Shown here piece by piece: positions 63,345 to 64,000 of a stretch of DNA of 64,000 nt. Position 1 is the stretch's first letter; each line of letters starts with the position of its first letter. The stretch spans positions 5,022,001 through 5,086,000 of the forward strand of contig NC_043016.1 of the NCBI RefSeq assembly GCF_006345805.1. Reading direction: 5' to 3'. The notes beneath the pieces are model-generated. The model did not search any database, was not told where the DNA came from, and saw only the letters and a list, made by a program, of their open reading frames with translations. The DNA comes from Octopus sinensis (Eukaryota). A program made the translations under genes and the position numbers.

Positions 63345-64000
63345 AAGAAGGGTTCAAGCATGGCCTAGATTGATTACCGGAAGGCTTTCGATGGTATTGC
63401 CCACAAATGAATCCTAGAAACACTAGCCATGAACAAGTTAGCACCAATAATCATAAAATATATAACACAATATGGCAAAACAATCAGCAACCTCTTATAT
63501 TAAACTGTACGCTACAAATGATAAATAGCTGGAAACACTATTACAGACAGTACATGGATTTACCAAAGAAATAAAATATGAAATTTGGCTTAGAAAAATT
63601 TGCAAAAGTAACCTTGATAAGAAGAAAACTAGTTAAGAGTAGCAACATCATACTAGTTAAAGCAAATGAAATAAGAGGATTAGACCAAAGCCATATATAC
63701 AAATATTTAGGAATCAATGAAGTAGATAAGACACAACACACACAAACGAAAGAAAAAATAAAAGAAAAAGAACACTATAGATCAGTTAGATTAATACTGA
63801 AAACAGAGCTCAATACTAAAAACAAGATAATAGGTATCAACACTCTAGCTGCCCCAGTTATAAGTTACAGCTACAATATCCTTAACTGGACACTAAATGA
63901 ACTAATCAAAATAGACAGCAAAACAGGAAAAATAATGACAAGATTTAGGATGCACCACCCAAAATCTGACATAGAAAGGCTATATATACAACGTATAGAA
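63345..64000 (+). mobile_element. 5'-truncated R4/Dong-like LINE (RT region), running off the window
   Basis: AW.DYRKAFD.IAHKWILETL; MKFGLEKFAK; YKYLGINE; LILKTELNTKNKIIGINTLAAPVISYSYNILNW..RMHHPKSDIERLY. Confidence 0.85.

Overview
This is AT-rich, repeat-saturated eukaryotic DNA. The SINE families and huge (TATG)n, (CA)n and (TAA)n arrays suggest an octopus/coleoid cephalopod (inference). The only host gene I can support is three consecutive minus-strand exons of a matrix metalloproteinase at 60037-60176, 58225-58476 and 57067-57342: catalytic domain with HEFGHSLGLYH and Met-turn, a Thr-rich linker, and the probable start of a hemopexin domain. The rest is mostly transposon debris: Penelope-like elements (PLEs; one near-complete RT plus GIY-YIG copy and one 3' fragment with an inverted duplication), a long degenerate RTE LINE and a short RTE derivative, several R4/Dong-like and other restriction-like-endonuclease (RLE) LINE fragments, a CR1 3' end, Helitron and Tc1/mariner remnants, and at least four tRNA-headed SINE families. 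Three things stand out. (1) About 15-18 minimal type-I hammerhead-ribozyme-like motifs in at least 5-6 sequence families, often in fold-back inverted repeats. (2) A tRNA-headed, hammerhead-bearing SINE whose internal (TAA)n tract appears to be a landing pad for R4/Dong LINEs. (3) A full-length U6 snRNA copy fused to a two-SINE chimera with a poly(A) tail, inserted inside a mariner remnant. Nearly all long ORFs in the track are microsatellite artefacts. A 100-N gap lies at 55319-55418. Repeat boundaries were read by eye and are approximate; exon and U6 boundaries were counted to the base.
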